Source: Octopus sinensis (taxonomy: Eukaryota). From it: a stretch of DNA of 64,000 nucleotides. The first letter of the stretch is position 1; each line of letters opens with the position of its first letter. Under the pieces are notes generated by a model that saw only the letters and a list, made by a program, of their open reading frames with translations, had not been told where the DNA came from and did not search any database. A program made the position numbers and the translations under genes. The stretch is from NCBI RefSeq assembly GCF_006345805.1, contig NC_043019.1, positions 3,348,001 through 3,412,000 of the forward strand, read 5' to 3'. Positions 62,160 to 64,000 of the stretch are shown piece after piece.

Positions 62160-63003
62160 TTAATTTAATTACTGTTTTAGATATTAATTTTATCAGTCAT
62201 TTTCATAAAATTATATTTAGATTTCAAGAATTATTGAAATACGGAATAACTTTGTTTAATCACTGCGTCAGTTTCGCTAATTACGGTGCGGAAGGAAATA
62301 AGTTTCTTTATTAAATAAGTTCCACTTCAGTTCTAAGGAATATTCTCCGGAAAGTGTTTCCCCAACTTTCAAAATCTATTTCTTTTCATAATACTATTTT
62401 CCGAATGTCATTATAGTTTTTACTAAACAAATATTCAATTTATTGATAACATCATGATGCAAAGTTGTATTATTGTATTCGTAATGAAAAATAGAAAAAA
62501 CGTGTGCCAATGAGCCGGTATGTGTGTGTGTGGACGTGGGAGTCAGTTATACTGGCATTAAGTGATTCCCCTAGAACTTTTACCATTGATACATAAGTTA
62601 AAATTGTTTATATTCTGTGGATAAATGCATAGAAACACTTTTATAATTATTATTGTTTTTTTATTATCTACGCAGAAGATCGTTGCAATAAGTAAACGAT
62701 TATGAAAAAAAAAAATATTTTCTTTGAATTCTTTAAACCACCACTTCATAAATCCTAAAATTTGCACCTGTTTTCGAATTTTTTTTTCTTAAGTCAGAGC
62801 TTGAAATACGGACAGTCCGAATTTTTTAGCTTAAATATCAGCTTAGGAGTTGCTGTGTGGTAAGTAGCTTGCTTACGAACTACATGATTCCGGGTTCAGT
62901 CCCACTGCGTGGCACCTTGGGCAAGTGTCTTCTACTATAGCCTTGGACCAACCAAATCCTTGTGAGTGGATGTTTTTAGACGGAAACTGAAAGAAGCCTG
63001 TCG

Positions 63004-63071
<68 letters not shown>

Positions 63072-64000
63072 TATGCCCCCCCCCAACATCGTTTGACGAC
63101 CAATGCTAGTGTGTTTATGTCCACGTAACTTAGCCGTTCGGCAAAAGAGACCACTAGAATAAGTACTAGGCGTACAAAGAATAAGTCCTGGGATTGATAT
63201 GCTCGACTAAAGGCGGTGCTCCAGCATGGCCACAGTCAAATGACTGAAACCAGTAAAAGAGTAAAGAGTAATGGACCATTAAATGTGTTTATAAGGATAA
63301 AAATATTGGAAGAGATTAATACTTGTCGGAGTAACAAAGAAACGAGGAAGGAATCAGGTGGTCATGGGATGTATTAAAAATAACAGCTAAATCACCCTTA
63401 AATCACACTTTTTTTTTTTTGCATAATCGTTTGAATGCTTAACAGAAATTCGCCAAAATATTCTGGAAATACCCAAACATAAGTTATGAGGGGTTATGTG
63501 GAGTGCTTATACCAGAATCCCGCCACTTAATACTATCTGAATCGTTAAAAAAGAAGTGGTTAGCCACACAGCTGTTCCATATGAACCAAGGATAGCTGGA
63601 CGGATCTACATAAACGGAGATTAGATGAGAAATAGCCATCAAACAAACAAAAAGGTTACGCATGGATACACATGCTGAGAAGATATAAAAGTCGTTGACA
63701 GGAGGAGTTGCTTCCCTTAGACTTGCGAGAAATACATCTTCCCTAGAAGCCTAAGCTTTTGTTGTTTGCTCGTTGAGCGAAGCGGTCTTCGTCCCATTAG
63801 TGGGAGAAGTCCGAAACGTGGTCCTTTGCTATTCGTAGGACCCGCAGAAGAAAACGCAGGTCAACCTCCGACACCGAGAGCATCGACGGATGGGTGAATG
63901 CGCATCCAGGCTCAGTGGTTGCGTAGGAAGTCGGGGACAAGAAACAGGAAGAAAGAGTGAGAGAAAGTTGGGGCGAAAGAGTACAACAGGGCTCGCCACC

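Overview
AT-rich, microsatellite- and retroposon-dense animal genomic DNA. It is most consistent with an octopus (coleoid cephalopod); this is inferred from the SINE families, not proven. Two spliced genes could be reconstructed exon by exon with GT-AG boundaries and continuous reading frames, and they are convergent (tail to tail). Syntaxin-17 (STX17, + strand) has 7 coding exons at 13671-30080 and encodes 327 aa. Phenylalanyl-tRNA synthetase alpha subunit (FARSA, - strand) has 13 exons at 43491-61607 and encodes 495 aa. The rest is mostly repeats: at least four tRNA-derived SINE families (called A, B, C, G here), a very abundant RTE-type 3' tail repeat (D), degenerate LINEs (RTE, R4/Dong, CR1, Tx1-like), a pogo/Tigger remnant, non-autonomous Helitrons and several MITE families. 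Almost all other ORFs in the track are repeat-derived artefacts. I found no intact novel protein-coding system. The most interesting signals are RNA- or repeat-level: (1) SINE-C multimers with an identical palindromic junction inside single TSDs; (2) two satellites built separately from the 3' and 5' halves of SINE-A, the second a terminator-free antisense Pol III promoter array in STX17 intron 1; (3) a LINE tail sharing a covarying stem-loop with SINE-A; (4) a 25-bp minisatellite with 10 p53-family half-sites in STX17 intron 3; (5) degenerate Penelope-type minimal hammerhead motifs; (6) CpG-rich GG..CC-ended MITEs around the FARSA promoter. Repeat boundaries are approximate unless a TSD or TIR is given.
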